Source: Candidatus Sumerlaeaceae bacterium | Lineage (GTDB): Bacteria > Sumerlaeota > Sumerlaeia > Sumerlaeales > Sumerlaeaceae | Assembly (NCBI GenBank): GCA_051003195.1 | Contig: JBPCLP010000053.1 | Location: forward strand, 32,001 to 96,000 | Length of the DNA: 64,000 bases | Direction: 5' to 3' | Shown here: positions 52,172 through 63,031 of the stretch, one piece after another | How the letters are laid out: every line of letters starts with the position of its first letter | Numbering within the stretch: the stretch's first letter is position 1 | The notes under the pieces: generated by a model | Told to the model about the DNA's origin: nothing | The model's database searches: none | What the model saw: only the letters and a program-made list of their open reading frames with translations | Position numbers and translations under genes: made by a program

Positions 52172-54280
52172 TTACTCCTTGCCGGGCTGGCGGACGACCT
52201 TGACGGTGAGCGGGATACGCCCGCTGATTTCGTAATTGGTCACTACGTCGGCGTCGACGAGAAAATTGCCGCGAACGGACGAGTAGTAACGCCTCTCCAC
52301 CGTGGCTTCAATGGTATTGATGATGCTGCTGGGCAGCTTGGGCATTTCGCTGCCGCGCACGGCCGCGCCGGTGTCTTCATCCTGCAGCGTGACGTACACT
52401 TTGTTTCTCGGAAAGTTACGGCCGAGCAGACGCACCAGGCTTTCATAGTCGAACACGCGATCGCCGCCCGGGTTGCGGCGTCCCTCGATGCTCTCGCGCT
52501 GTCCCGCGTCGGTCACCAGCAGATCGTACTCGCCGTCTGCCAGGTTGTCGGGCAAGCGGAACGAGTACTGCATTCGCTCGGCCGGTTTGCGGTATGGCTG
52601 CACTTCCCATTCGACAGCGACCTGGTCACCGGGTCGGTAGATTGCCTTATCGAGCATACCCGCGAGTAGCTGGCCCTGCAGATAACGATCCGCGAGCTTT
52701 ACGTTGAAATCCAGCGACTTCATTTTCACGCGGCGATACGGATTGGTCATCATCACGCCGACGTCCGACGCCGCGCCGACCGCCGCCGAACCACCGCCGT
52801 ACTGGTCGGCAACGTAATCTTCTTTGGTAAAACTGGTTCCGTCATCAAAGGAAAGCGCGTAGTTGAACAGCGCGACTGCGTCGTCGCCGCTGCGCGACGC
52901 GGCGACCATTGATTCCATCAGCGTGACCATTGCGAGCGACGGTCCCATCTCGCGATCATTCCACACACGGTAATTGAACTCGCGCTTACCGCGATAGCGG
53001 GGATCTTCGACACTCGCGCGGATTGAAAACATATCCGCAGTCTGACCAAACAGGCAACCAATTGCGGGCTGACGGTCCTGACGCACCATTCCAATCTGAC
53101 CAAGCGGCTCGCCGACCTTGAACGGACGGCTCAGATTTCGAACGATCGCGTTGATACGCGCCGGCGCCATGGGGAAGCGAACGTTGCCATACTCGAACAT
53201 CGGATGTCCGAAGGCGACCAGGCGGTTTCCCTTTCGATAAGTGACCGTACCAACTCCCGACATGTTCATGTCGCCTTCGACAAACGGCACGGCCAGGCCA
53301 TACCCTTCGGCGAATTCCTGGGAAAGCGCCTTCAAATCCGCGACAGGACCACCGGGGGAATTCTGCGCGGGCGCGGACGGCGACCACGTCGTCACGGGGA
53401 GCATGCTGTTGGGCGCCTGAATGTCGAGCCCCTGGAATACGTTGCGCAGCAAATCCAGCGTTTTCGGTGATGCCCCCGAAACGAAAATGGGAGCGGTGAG
53501 CGGACGCATCTCGAATTCGTCCGGAAGGCCGAACTGCTGGCGCACAGTATCAGGGAACTCGGTTCCGCGGAACTTCAACGTCGATGCGCGGTTCGCTCGC
53601 AGGTAGGGTGTATCATTACCAATTGCCCATGCGAGGTCGCGGCGCATCTGCATATATCCGTTGTACGCGCGATACGTCGCCCCATCATCTTCATCCTTAT
53701 CGGTCAGCGGCTCAGTCGGCGTGCTCTTCAGCACTTTCAGCATGGAAGCGATTGGCGTCACTCCGGCGAGCGCCTCTTTCGACTCGGTCCAGCCGTACGC
53801 CACGGCGCCAATCATTTTTTCATCCATGTAAACGGGGCTGCCGCTCATGCCGGCGATGACACCCATGTCAGTGAGGATCGGGTGATTCAGCTGGCACAGG
53901 ATGATGTCCATGTCGGGATATACCCGGTGGCGCACGCCGACCACTGTTGCTTCGAATTTCTCAGGACGAATTCCGCTGAAGACGGACAGGCCATAGCCTT
54001 TCATCCCGGGCCGGATATCTTCCACGGCCATCATCGTGGCAGTATCGAATTCGAGATTGTCTGCTTCTGTGTTAGTCGTCGCGACTTCACCTACGACGGT
54101 GGCCGTCAAACCGGTGTCACGGTGCTGGATACCGCGAACGTAGGTGTCACCCCGGGTTGCAACGAGTGCCGTTCCGGCGGTTGTTGCAGCATTGCGGGTG
54201 GCAGTTCGTGTCGGAATATCGGCGAAAGCAACGGATGTACAAAGCATGTAAAATGCGGCTACGTGACTGGTCCGCATCAT
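52172..54280 (-). CDS. SpoIVB-like peptidase S55 domain protein
   Basis: IRPGMKGYGLSVF, AGMSGSPVY, GAVAYG, AFGHP; signal peptide. Confidence 0.85.
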   Translation of the reverse strand: MMRTSHVAAFYMLCTSVAFADIPTRTATRNAATTAGTALVATRGDTYVRGIQHRDTGLTATVVGEVATTNTEADNLEFDTATMMAVEDIRPGMKGYGLSVFSGIRPEKFEATVVGVRHRVYPDMDIILCQLNHPILTDMGVIAGMSGSPVYMDEKMIGAVAYGWTESKEALAGVTPIASMLKVLKSTPTEPLTDKDEDDGATYRAYNGYMQMRRDLAWAIGNDTPYLRANRASTLKFRGTEFPDTVRQQFGLPDEFEMRPLTAPIFVSGASPKTLDLLRNVFQGLDIQAPNSMLPVTTWSPSAPAQNSPGGPVADLKALSQEFAEGYGLAVPFVEGDMNMSGVGTVTYRKGNRLVAFGHPMFEYGNVRFPMAPARINAIVRNLSRPFKVGEPLGQIGMVRQDRQPAIGCLFGQTADMFSIRASVEDPRYRGKREFNYRVWNDREMGPSLAMVTLMESMVAASRSGDDAVALFNYALSFDDGTSFTKEDYVADQYGGGSAAVGAASDVGVMMTNPYRRVKMKSLDFNVKLADRYLQGQLLAGMLDKAIYRPGDQVAVEWEVQPYRKPAERMQYSFRLPDNLADGEYDLLVTDAGQRESIEGRRNPGGDRVFDYESLVRLLGRNFPRNKVYVTLQDEDTGAAVRGSEMPKLPSSIINTIEATVERRYYSSVRGNFLVDADVVTNYEISGRIPLTVKVVRQPGKE

Positions 54281-54533
54281 TGAACGATGAGAGCTTTTAT
54301 TTAAACACATCATGAAAGTGGAAGTACCTGCCAATGCCTGAAAACTTTGCCTATTTATATGCCTCATTCCGTAAAAGCTTCTCCCCAGCCAGCACTGGTG
54401 CAAGTTTTAAGCAGGCCGCACGGGAGCGGCCCTGTGCCTCTTTTTGGTTGCGCTGCAAATGCTTCTGCGCTGAAGTTCAAAGTCGTTTGCAGCTGCCCGC
54501 CGAGTGAGCCACACGAATACAGCTATTAGATAG

Positions 54534-55376
54534 GTGAGTTTGACCAATCGTGCTCCAGCCGAGGAGAACACGGGAATGGCCGCACTGAAGCTCGTAACGT
54601 CAATGCCAGGGATCGTGTTGCTGTTATTGGGCGGCTGTGCTGCAACGACGCCGACGCGCCAGGTTGCAGTGCCAAGGACCGCGGCATCACCCGCTCCTCC
54701 CCCACCGCAGTGGGACGCAACGAAGCCTGGCGTTTTGACGGAGGCGCGCGAAAGCGCGGGCCGTCTTGGGGGTGCAGCGCGCAAAGGCGCCCAGACCATG
54801 CGCAGTAGCGCCGGGAAGGTGAAGTCTACCGTTTCGGCCGAGGCGCGTGAGGGTGCGGAGCGCCTTGTGGATGTCGCTCGCAAAGGCGCCGACACCATGC
54901 GCAGCGGCGCCGGGAAGGTTATAAGCGGAGCAGACAAGGTGATCAGTCTCGCGCATTTCAAATCCAGTTCTTCGGTATACCCGTATGATGTTTGTGCGCA
55001 ACAGGGCGAATTGAGCGGACAGGGATTCTGCTGGCCCGCTTACGGTACAGTTTCCCGCGGATTCAAGCGCGGGCATTACGGCCTGGATGTGCTGGCACCT
55101 ACCGGTACACCGGTTTACGCTGCAAAGGCCGGTACTGTAATCTATGCCGGGAAGAAACTATCCGGTTTTGGGAATGTGGTCGTGCTCGATCATGGGTGCA
55201 AAGTCGCCACGATATATGGGCACAATTCCAAACTGCTGGTGCAGACCGGCGACACAGTACGCTGCGGAGAGCAGATCGCGTGTGTCGGGATGACGGGCCG
55301 CGCGACTGCACCGCATTGTCACTTTGAAATTAGGGAAGACGGCACGCCGGTCGATCCGAAACCGCTTCTTCCGTAG
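54534..55376 (+). CDS. M23 family metallopeptidase lipoprotein
   Basis: Lipobox LGGC; HYGLD, YGHN, PHCHFEIR. Confidence 0.9.
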   Translation: MSLTNRAPAEENTGMAALKLVTSMPGIVLLLLGGCAATTPTRQVAVPRTAASPAPPPPQWDATKPGVLTEARESAGRLGGAARKGAQTMRSSAGKVKSTVSAEAREGAERLVDVARKGADTMRSGAGKVISGADKVISLAHFKSSSSVYPYDVCAQQGELSGQGFCWPAYGTVSRGFKRGHYGLDVLAPTGTPVYAAKAGTVIYAGKKLSGFGNVVVLDHGCKVATIYGHNSKLLVQTGDTVRCGEQIACVGMTGRATAPHCHFEIREDGTPVDPKPLLP

Positions 55377-55415
55377 TCGTGCGATAAGTTTGCTGCGGGT
55401 ATTGTAGCGAACTGC

Positions 55416-56750
55416 ATGTCCGAACGTCCCAGATGGCGCGGTTTGCCGATACCCGGCCTGCTCCGCGCACTGCGCCACCGCAATTATCGCCTGTTCATTG
55501 CTGGACAGATCGTATCGCTGGTCGGCAACTGGATCCAGGGCACGGCGCTCAACTGGCTCGTGCTCAATGTGCTGATGGCCAGCAGCTTTCAGCTCGGAGT
55601 ATTCAACTTCGCACTTCAGGTGCCGGTGCTGCTGCTTGGGCTGTTCGCGGGGGCGCTGGTCGACACGGTGAACCGGCATCGCCTCCTTCTGGTGACGCAG
55701 GGACTGTTCATGGTACACGCAGTGGTTCTAGCGGTGCTCACATTGCTGCATCACGGCAGTGGCGCGCCGCTGCTTACATATCCGCTGGCCGTCGGGCTGG
55801 CGTTTGTGAGCGGTGTGCTGCAGGCATTCGACCTGCCAGCGCGCAGCGCGTTCCTTCTGCAGATGGTGCCCAGGGAAGATTTGCAGAACGCGGTCGCACT
55901 GAATTCGCTCACGTTCAACGGCGCGCGTGTAATCGGTCCCGCGCTGGCGGGAACCCTGCTGGCCTGGTTCTCACGTGCGTACTCGGATCGATTGGGGTTT
56001 GGCGAAGGACTCTGCTTCGTGATGAATGCGGTCAGCTATATCGCCGTGCTGCTGTCGCTGTTGCAGATGCGTGTGGAAGCGCCTCCCGCCGACCGGAAAG
56101 CCGACTACAGCCCACGTTACCTGCTGGATGGCATTCGCTACGTGGCGGCACGACCGCACATCGCAGGCCTGCTGCTGCACCTTACCATCATGGCACTCTT
56201 CGGCATTCCGTACCTGCTTCTTATCCCGGTGTTTGCGAGAGAAGTGCTTCATGGCGACGCCAGCGTTTTCGGACGCCTGATGGCAAGCATTGGCATTGGC
56301 GCGCTGGCGGGAGGCGTGATCATGGCAATGCGCAAAGGTGTGCGCGGCCTCGGGCGACACATGACGGCATCGACTGCTGCATTCGCGATCTGCATCCTGG
56401 TTTTCGCCCGGATGGATTTCCTGTGGTCCGCGAGCCTCGCGATCGGCGCGGCCGGCTTCAGCATGGTGATGGCAATGATCGGCTCGCAGACACTCGCGCA
56501 GACACTTGTTGCCGAAAATGTGCGCGGTCGTGTGCTGAGCTTGTACACGATGATTTCGGTCGGAATGCTGCCATTTGGCAGCCTGATCAGCGGCGCGCTG
56601 GCGCAATATTTCGGAGTGCGAACGGCGTTCACAATCAATGGCGCGGTTTGCCTTCTGACCGCGCTTGGATTTTCGCTGACGCTGCCGCGGTTGCGCGCGT
56701 GGGCGCACGCGACAGAAGAGTACCAGCAGGCAGTGGCAGAGCCTGTGTAA
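55416..56750 (+). CDS. MFS transporter
   Basis: About 12 TM segments; GALVDTVNRHR, NAVALNS..ARVIGP, RGRVLS. Confidence 0.9.
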   Translation: MSERPRWRGLPIPGLLRALRHRNYRLFIAGQIVSLVGNWIQGTALNWLVLNVLMASSFQLGVFNFALQVPVLLLGLFAGALVDTVNRHRLLLVTQGLFMVHAVVLAVLTLLHHGSGAPLLTYPLAVGLAFVSGVLQAFDLPARSAFLLQMVPREDLQNAVALNSLTFNGARVIGPALAGTLLAWFSRAYSDRLGFGEGLCFVMNAVSYIAVLLSLLQMRVEAPPADRKADYSPRYLLDGIRYVAARPHIAGLLLHLTIMALFGIPYLLLIPVFAREVLHGDASVFGRLMASIGIGALAGGVIMAMRKGVRGLGRHMTASTAAFAICILVFARMDFLWSASLAIGAAGFSMVMAMIGSQTLAQTLVAENVRGRVLSLYTMISVGMLPFGSLISGALAQYFGVRTAFTINGAVCLLTALGFSLTLPRLRAWAHATEEYQQAVAEPV

Positions 56751-56843
56751 TATTTGAGCCGGGGAGGTTCCGCTTTTTGTTGAGCCTTTGAAATCGGCAC
56801 AGCGGGTTGGGCAGGTTATAAGATCACGCCAGAAGAGGACCGG

Positions 56844-57983
56844 ATGCCAAAGACCGTCAACGTGGGGCTAATTGGGTATGCATTTATGGGCAAAGCGCAT
56901 AGCGCAGCGTTTCGCGATGTGCCGATCTATTTTCCGGATGTGAAGCTGAAACCCGTCATGAAGTCGATATGCGGGCGAGACGAGCGAGCGGTACGAGAGG
57001 CTGCAAATCGCCTTGGCTGGGAAGAGTACGAAACCGACGCGATGACGCTGATCCGGCGCGACGACATCCAGGTGGTGGACGTATGCTCGCCGGGGTGGGC
57101 TCACAAGGACCAGGTGATAGCGGCGGCTAAGGCCGGCAAACATATCATCTGCGAAAAGCCGATTGGTAACAACCTGAAAGAAGCGAAGGCGATGGCGAAC
57201 GCCGTCAATGCGGCGGGCGTGCAGAACACCGTGATGTTCAATTATCGCCGCATCCCCGCAATGTCGTACGCGCGCGATCTTATCCGCGCGGGTGAGATCG
57301 GCGAGATTCGCCACTTCCGCGCATTTTACCTGCAGGACTGGATTTCGGACCCGGATTTCCCGATGGTGTGGCGGCTGGATAAGAAGCAGGCCGGCAGCGG
57401 CACACTGGGTGATATCGGTTCGCATATCATCGACATGGGGCGCTTCCTGGTTGGAGAAATCGACGAGGTCGTCGGCACGTTAAAAACGTTTGTAAAAGAG
57501 CGGCCGATCGAAACGGGTTCACGCAAGAAGGCACGCGTGACGGTAGATGACGCGACTGCATTTATCGCGAATTTTGACAATGGAGCCATCGGTACGTTCG
57601 AAGCCACGCGTTTCGCACGCGGGCGGAAGAACTACAATGGCTTCGAAATCTACGGCAGCAAAGGCAGCCTGCTGTTCAATTTCGAGGACATGAACCGACT
57701 GCAGTTTCTTTCCACGAAAGATAACCCGTTGAGCCAGGGGTTCCGGGATATCATTGTTACGGAACCCGGCCATCCCTACGTCAAAGGCTGGTGGCCGCCG
57801 GGGCACATTATTGGATACCAGCACACGTTCGCGCATGCCATTTACGATTTCCTGAATAACCTCGCGAAGGGGAAAAGCACCGCGCCGGACATCAACGATG
57901 GCGTGATGGTGCAGGCGGTGCTGGAGGCCGTCGAGATGAGCGACAAACAGCGCGGGTGGGTGAGGATTAAGGATCTGCTGTAG
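56844..57983 (+). CDS. Gfo/Idh/MocA family oxidoreductase
   Basis: GYAFMGKAH, CEKP, FNYR, GDIGSH, WWPPGH. Confidence 0.9.
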   Translation: MPKTVNVGLIGYAFMGKAHSAAFRDVPIYFPDVKLKPVMKSICGRDERAVREAANRLGWEEYETDAMTLIRRDDIQVVDVCSPGWAHKDQVIAAAKAGKHIICEKPIGNNLKEAKAMANAVNAAGVQNTVMFNYRRIPAMSYARDLIRAGEIGEIRHFRAFYLQDWISDPDFPMVWRLDKKQAGSGTLGDIGSHIIDMGRFLVGEIDEVVGTLKTFVKERPIETGSRKKARVTVDDATAFIANFDNGAIGTFEATRFARGRKNYNGFEIYGSKGSLLFNFEDMNRLQFLSTKDNPLSQGFRDIIVTEPGHPYVKGWWPPGHIIGYQHTFAHAIYDFLNNLAKGKSTAPDINDGVMVQAVLEAVEMSDKQRGWVRIKDLL

Positions 57984-58010
57984 TCAGTGGGCCGGGCAGC
58001 GCGTCCAACC

Positions 58011-58532
58011 TCATTCATGATAATATGCCCACTTGCCGATACGCTCGTACCAATTACCTCCGTCATCTGGTGGATAAACGCCAGAGGGGTGATAAATGAA
58101 AGCATCGAAATTCGTGAAAGACCCTGCCGAAACATATAGGGTCCACGAGTTGCCGTAGTCGTCCGTGTGTGGCCAGTAGTTATACGTAATATCAGGATGG
58201 TGCCGATCGCCTGTACCGGGAATCCGCACTATGTACTTCGGCATGAGTTGCTCCACAAGCCCGGGCGGTCTGCCCTTATCGCGCTCGTATTGCTGGATTG
58301 CCTGAATGAGAGGCTCTGCATTCGCAGCAACCTTCTCCCACCGCTCACGCGAAAAGCGCCCTGCCGAGAGGTAGAACATGCCATACATGAAGAGCAGCAG
58401 TAGTGCAATTCCAAGTACCAGTCCAAGAATTACGCGAAGCACAACTCCTATAGCACTCGAGGGCGTCTGATGCTGATTGTCACGGCCTTCAGTCACAGGG
58501 CGCAGGACGTTACATCGATTAAAAGATGTCAA
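58011..58532 (-). CDS. Hypothetical single-pass membrane protein
   Basis: N-terminal TM helix; LIQAIQQYERDKGRPP..L..L.PKY pilin-like helix; WAYYHE end. Confidence 0.6.
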   Translation of the reverse strand: MTSFNRCNVLRPVTEGRDNQHQTPSSAIGVVLRVILGLVLGIALLLLFMYGMFYLSAGRFSRERWEKVAANAEPLIQAIQQYERDKGRPPGLVEQLMPKYIVRIPGTGDRHHPDITYNYWPHTDDYGNSWTLYVSAGSFTNFDAFIYHPSGVYPPDDGGNWYERIGKWAYYHE

Positions 58533-58682
58533 CGCTCGCAGTTCAAAAGCTCCATGCCAGCAGCAATTCGTGCAAATCGTTGAGCGCGTAGCGCGGTCAA
58601 GTCAATTGGGGGGAAACGGGGGATCGTTTCTGGCTTTGAGATTTTCGCTCTTCGGCCTTTGCTCTTTGCTCTTCAGAAAGGA

Positions 58683-58769
58683 TGGTGGATGGGGGAGGAT
58701 TCGAACCTCCGTAGCGCGTAGCGCGACAGATTTACAGTCTGTTCCCTTTAGCCACTCGGGCACCCATCC
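58683..58769 (-). tRNA. tRNA-Tyr(GTA)
   Basis: GGATGGG/CCCATCC acceptor, ACAGA-CTGTAAA-TCTGT arm, long variable arm, CCA. Confidence 0.95.
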
Positions 58770-58834
58770 GCCGGGAAAACTGCCGGGGAATTATTCCTCC
58801 GGAAGCGTGCTACCCTACCCTGCCTGCGCAGTTC

Positions 58835-59497
58835 TTATTCGCCTGCAAAATCCTGCGTGAGGTAGACGTACGGCACACCCTTATTGTCGCCGAGCGCGAC
58901 GCCTACTCCGAGCTGTGTGAGAGCGGGATTCAGTATGTTTTGCCGATGCCCGGGGCTGTTCATCCACTGATCCATTGCCCACACGGCGAGCTCCTCGTAG
59001 CTGTTGCCTTCCTGCTCGACGCGCTGCGACCTTTTGCCGTGTGCATCGATGAATGTCCGCGTTTGCTGTGAGCGGAAAGTCGGCAGCATTGCGATGTTTT
59101 CGGCCAAGGCACGTGCCTGCACTCCTGCATTGTCCGCGCGGCTGCTCACGTTCGAACGTTTGAACACTCCCTTGCCCGTGTGACTAAAGTAATTATGTCC
59201 GGCCATCTCCACGCTGTGGCCGGCAGCCGCGGCCGCCAGGCCATCCATCCATGCAAACGGCTTTAGTCCCGCTTTGCGGCGTTCATCGTTTGTTTTCTCA
59301 AATACCAGGCGGGCTACCAGGTCAGGATCAAATTGCAACGGATCGATCCGCTGACTGGCCGGGCGCGTCTGTGTGGTGGCGGCGGCGTTCTTGGAGGAAT
59401 TGGACTGTTTTAAGTTTGTCGGTTTTCTGTCCTCGGACGCAGCAAGACCGTTGCTAAGCAGCACCAATAATGAACAACCTGCAACCAGCCGCTTCAT
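58835..59497 (-). CDS. CAP/SCP domain protein
   Basis: NDERRKAGL, HSVEMA..YFSH, AENIA, WMNSPGHRQNIL. Confidence 0.9.
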   Translation of the reverse strand: MKRLVAGCSLLVLLSNGLAASEDRKPTNLKQSNSSKNAAATTQTRPASQRIDPLQFDPDLVARLVFEKTNDERRKAGLKPFAWMDGLAAAAAGHSVEMAGHNYFSHTGKGVFKRSNVSSRADNAGVQARALAENIAMLPTFRSQQTRTFIDAHGKRSQRVEQEGNSYEELAVWAMDQWMNSPGHRQNILNPALTQLGVGVALGDNKGVPYVYLTQDFAGE

Positions 59498-60429
59498 TGT
59501 TTGCCGCGCTTACCGGATCCCGTAGTCGATGCGGCTGCTGTTTTATCGGCGCCTGTATTCGCAAAAACGAAATCCGGATTCCGAACGCTGCCCACCATCG
59601 CGATCGGCAATGGGATTTTAGTGAGGCCGCTGCTGCCGCGCGCCTTGTTTACCAGTCCACCCGCCGCGCGAATCTCCGGACGGGTCGAGCGAAGCGCAAG
59701 GTCTGGCGACAGGTAGACGTCCCACTTCACGCGTACTTCTTCCGTGCGCAAATCCAGGTTGCCAGATCCCACGGCCTGCTGCGTCTGCCCTGCAAAGAGT
59801 GCTTTGGTAAACGTGACGAGGCCATTTGATATCGTGCCCTCGAGCTGGGCCGATGAAAAATCAAATCTCTGAAGCTCGGCAATTCCTGTCGCAGAGGCAG
59901 TCATGTTGAGAACGTCCGCGTTTGTCACGGTTCCGGGCCCGAACTGAATACTCACGGATCCGGTCATGGTTTCGCGAGGAAGCGAGCCACGCGTGCCGTT
60001 CCATTGCACCTGTATCGTTCCAGACACCATGGCGATAACCTGCGCGTTCACTTTGATCTCGAAAGCCTTGAGCAATGCAGCCGCTTCGACGTTCTGAAAC
60101 TGAATGGTCATCTGCTGTCGATCGTTTGGCCGACTCCAGTCGACCAGTCCTACACCTTTGAAGGTACCGCTGCCAAGGGTGGACGTAAATGCATCGATCG
60201 CGAGACGACCGTTCGACGAACGCGACTGCATCTTGAAATTCTTCATCCCAAGCCGCTTCGCTTCCATGCGCACAACACTGACTTCGCCGGGCTGTCCCTG
60301 TCCAAAAATTCCCCGCTGGTTTGAACCGGAACCTTCTGAATCGGAGTTGCGCTGCGACTGCGCAGCTACACCGCAGCACAGCGCCAGTACAGATATGCAA
60401 GCGAGCGCACGTGAGAAATACAATACCAC
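59494..60429 (-). CDS. AsmA-like C-terminal domain protein
   Basis: Signal-like N-terminus; beta-strand repeats; GSGNLDL..IPLPIAMVGSVRNP; start uncertain. Confidence 0.6.
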   Translation of the reverse strand: MVLYFSRALACISVLALCCGVAAQSQRNSDSEGSGSNQRGIFGQGQPGEVSVVRMEAKRLGMKNFKMQSRSSNGRLAIDAFTSTLGSGTFKGVGLVDWSRPNDRQQMTIQFQNVEAAALLKAFEIKVNAQVIAMVSGTIQVQWNGTRGSLPRETMTGSVSIQFGPGTVTNADVLNMTASATGIAELQRFDFSSAQLEGTISNGLVTFTKALFAGQTQQAVGSGNLDLRTEEVRVKWDVYLSPDLALRSTRPEIRAAGGLVNKARGSSGLTKIPLPIAMVGSVRNPDFVFANTGADKTAAASTTGSGKRGKQ

Positions 60430-60533
60430 TTTGAGACGCCCTTCCAGGATGTTGAGTACCGTAATTTCCGGTTGGGCCCGAGGACACGCAAGCAAAACCG
60501 AAGCGCGCACGGTCGACCGCAAAGTTCCCTAAA

Positions 60534-61352
60534 CTATTGGCCTGTTGCGCTCGTACTGTTGTCATCCGAGAGCGCATTGCGCTGAGGCAAGGCGTCGACC
60601 ATCATTGCGTCTTCCGGAAATCCGATGGAGAACGACCTCTCAGGTATGGGCTGGTCGGTCTTCCACTTCAGCGATACGATCAGCGTGCTGTTTTCCATAG
60701 CCGACTGTAGAGTTTCCATGATGTGCACCGGCAGCTCCTGGTCATTGAGCCACACATCCACGATTCCCGGGCCAGATCCAATTCGAATGTGATGTACCTC
60801 GGTGCCCAGCAGTTCCTCTCGTCCGAGATCTTCGCCGCGATGAAATGTAACGCTCTGGCTGCCGCGCAAAGACCTGCACATGAGGTGCGACAGCGTAACT
60901 CCGTAGTCGCTGCTGAAGGCGAACAGCTCGGAATCGAGCACCGTGCGATCGTAAGCTTTAGACGTGTAGATAGCGCGGTCGGGCAGGCAAGATATTACCT
61001 TCTTACCGTCACACGTTACCGTCCATGGCCGCGCGCCGGAACTTATCCAGACAAGCTTGTCGGGCTGTCTGCGCCAGAGCCGTGCTGTGGCCGTGGTCAT
61101 GTGCTGGTCGCCATTAGTATTGCTTATTGTGTGCGTGCATACCAGGTCGACGTAAAGCAACTCACGGATGTCGACCTTGTATTCAAGGTCGCGCAGCATT
61201 CGGATTGCGCGTGGATTGCCGGAAAAGCCCGGCGGTCGGTCCGGCGCATCATTGATGGGAAAAGTCGGCTGTTGCGCCGACGCACGTGGACAAAACCCTA
61301 GCGCGGAGAACAGGACAAGCATTGCGGATATACGAGGACGTCGCGGTTTCAT
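60534..61352 (-). CDS. LolA-like/DUF2092 periplasmic protein
   Basis: Signal peptide; RQPDKL..VTCDGK..YT, DVWL..LP, FSIGFPEDA. Confidence 0.6.
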   Translation of the reverse strand: MKPRRPRISAMLVLFSALGFCPRASAQQPTFPINDAPDRPPGFSGNPRAIRMLRDLEYKVDIRELLYVDLVCTHTISNTNGDQHMTTATARLWRRQPDKLVWISSGARPWTVTCDGKKVISCLPDRAIYTSKAYDRTVLDSELFAFSSDYGVTLSHLMCRSLRGSQSVTFHRGEDLGREELLGTEVHHIRIGSGPGIVDVWLNDQELPVHIMETLQSAMENSTLIVSLKWKTDQPIPERSFSIGFPEDAMMVDALPQRNALSDDNSTSATGQ

Positions 61353-61371
61353 TTACTGCGCATGCATCAAT

Positions 61372-62925
61372 TCAGCGCGTCCTGGTCTTCTCGAGCTTCA
61401 TGTCCTCAAACCAACTGCGAATGCCTGACGTCAGATCATCAACCGAGGCGTTTGCCGCTTCAATATGCACCGTGACTCCGGCGGCGCGAATGGCCTCGCT
61501 CGTCGCCGGGCCAATACTCGCGACCGTCACTTCCGCGAAAAGCTTCGGAAGATCTTCCGCCTTGATCGCTTCCGTCAGCCTTTCAAACGTGGATGCGGAA
61601 GTAAACGTGACAAGGTGAACACGTCCGCGCGTCAGAAGCTTCCGCAGGCGCGCAATTCCTTCGCGATCCGGCTTCGTATCGTAAAGCGGCAGCACTGTTA
61701 CATCCACGGCGCGGGCGCCCAGTTCCTTCTCGAGAACGTCGCGTGCGGCGGACGCGCGAGGAATCAGCACCCGCTCGCCAGGTTGGGTGCACATGGACCC
61801 GACCAGTCCCTCCTGCCGTGCGGATAACGGAACCAGTTCCGGTTTAATCCCGATCTCGTTCAGGGATTCGGCCGTGCGTTCGCCTATGGCGGCTACGCGC
61901 ACACGCGCCAGTGCACGCATGTCGCGATCAGATTTGAACAGCCAGTCGCGGAAAATCCGAACTGCACTTGCGCTTGTAAAAACAATCCAGTGGTACTTGC
62001 CGTCCACCAGGGCTTTGATCTCCTGCTTTGCATCATCCGAAAGTGCTGTCTCGCGGATTCGGATCGTAGGCGTGGAAACAACCTCCGCACCCATCTGCCG
62101 CAGCTCCCGGGCGAGCGAAGCGCCCTGGCCTTCGGGACGAGTCACAGCCGCGCGCACGCCAAACAGCGGTTTCTTCTCCACCCAGGAAATCTGCTCGCGC
62201 AGACGCACAACTTCTCCAATCACGCCCACGGCGGGGGCGCTGAACCCCAGCCGACGTACTTCGTCCACCACTTCGCCAATCGTGGAAACCAGCGTCTGCT
62301 GCTCGGGCATTGTACCCCAGCGGATAAGTGCGATGGGAGTTTTTGGCGAGAGCTTCTTCGCCAGCAGTTTGCTGACAATGGTGCCGAGGTTGCCTATGCC
62401 CATTAAAAAGACTATGGTGCCGCGTGCGCTGGCAAGTATGTTCCAGTCAATGTCCGGTCCAACGCCCTGCACGTTCTCATGGCCGGTCACAATGTGAACC
62501 GAGCCGTTAACGCTGCGATGGGTCACCGGTATTCCCGCGTACGCGGGAACGGCAAGCGCGGATGTAACGCCGGGAATCATTTCGAAAGCGACGTCGCGCT
62601 CGGCGAGAAAAGCGGCCTCTTCACCACCGCGGCCAAACAGGAACGGATCGCCACCCTTGAGCCGGGTAACCGTTAGCCCGGAGGTGGCCCGCTCTACCAG
62701 CAGTTGATTAATTTCATCCTGGCTTTTGGAGTGCTGCGACGCTTCCTTTCCCACAAAGATACGCTCGGCATATTTCGGCGCATGCTCCAGCAGCAGCTCG
62801 TTCGCGAGATTATCGTAAATTACAACGTCGGATTGCGCCAGGCACTCGGCGCCTCGGACGGTGATCAGGCCAACGTCGCCAGGTCCCGCTCCGACTACAT
62901 ATACGATGCCTTTCTTTTGCGCCAT
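61372..62925 (-). CDS. cobA: Uroporphyrinogen-III C-methyltransferase/synthase fusion (CobA/HemD)
   Basis: VGAGPGD, RLKGGDPFLFGRGGEE, PGVTS; HemD part VTRP, FTSAS, SIGPATS. Confidence 0.95.
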   Translation of the reverse strand: MAQKKGIVYVVGAGPGDVGLITVRGAECLAQSDVVIYDNLANELLLEHAPKYAERIFVGKEASQHSKSQDEINQLLVERATSGLTVTRLKGGDPFLFGRGGEEAAFLAERDVAFEMIPGVTSALAVPAYAGIPVTHRSVNGSVHIVTGHENVQGVGPDIDWNILASARGTIVFLMGIGNLGTIVSKLLAKKLSPKTPIALIRWGTMPEQQTLVSTIGEVVDEVRRLGFSAPAVGVIGEVVRLREQISWVEKKPLFGVRAAVTRPEGQGASLARELRQMGAEVVSTPTIRIRETALSDDAKQEIKALVDGKYHWIVFTSASAVRIFRDWLFKSDRDMRALARVRVAAIGERTAESLNEIGIKPELVPLSARQEGLVGSMCTQPGERVLIPRASAARDVLEKELGARAVDVTVLPLYDTKPDREGIARLRKLLTRGRVHLVTFTSASTFERLTEAIKAEDLPKLFAEVTVASIGPATSEAIRAAGVTVHIEAANASVDDLTSGIRSWFEDMKLEKTRTR

Positions 62926-63031
62926 TTCGTATTCCTGTGGCAGCGCAGCGTCGGCGTCAACTACGGAAGAAAGCATTGCGTAGCGCACCTGTTACTTTGT
63001 AGAGCCGGGTAATGATGTTCAAAGTACCGAT

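Noticed and set aside
52172..54280. SpoIVB-like gene as evidence of sporulation
   Set aside because: S55 domain proteins occur in non-sporulating bacteria and no other sporulation genes are present
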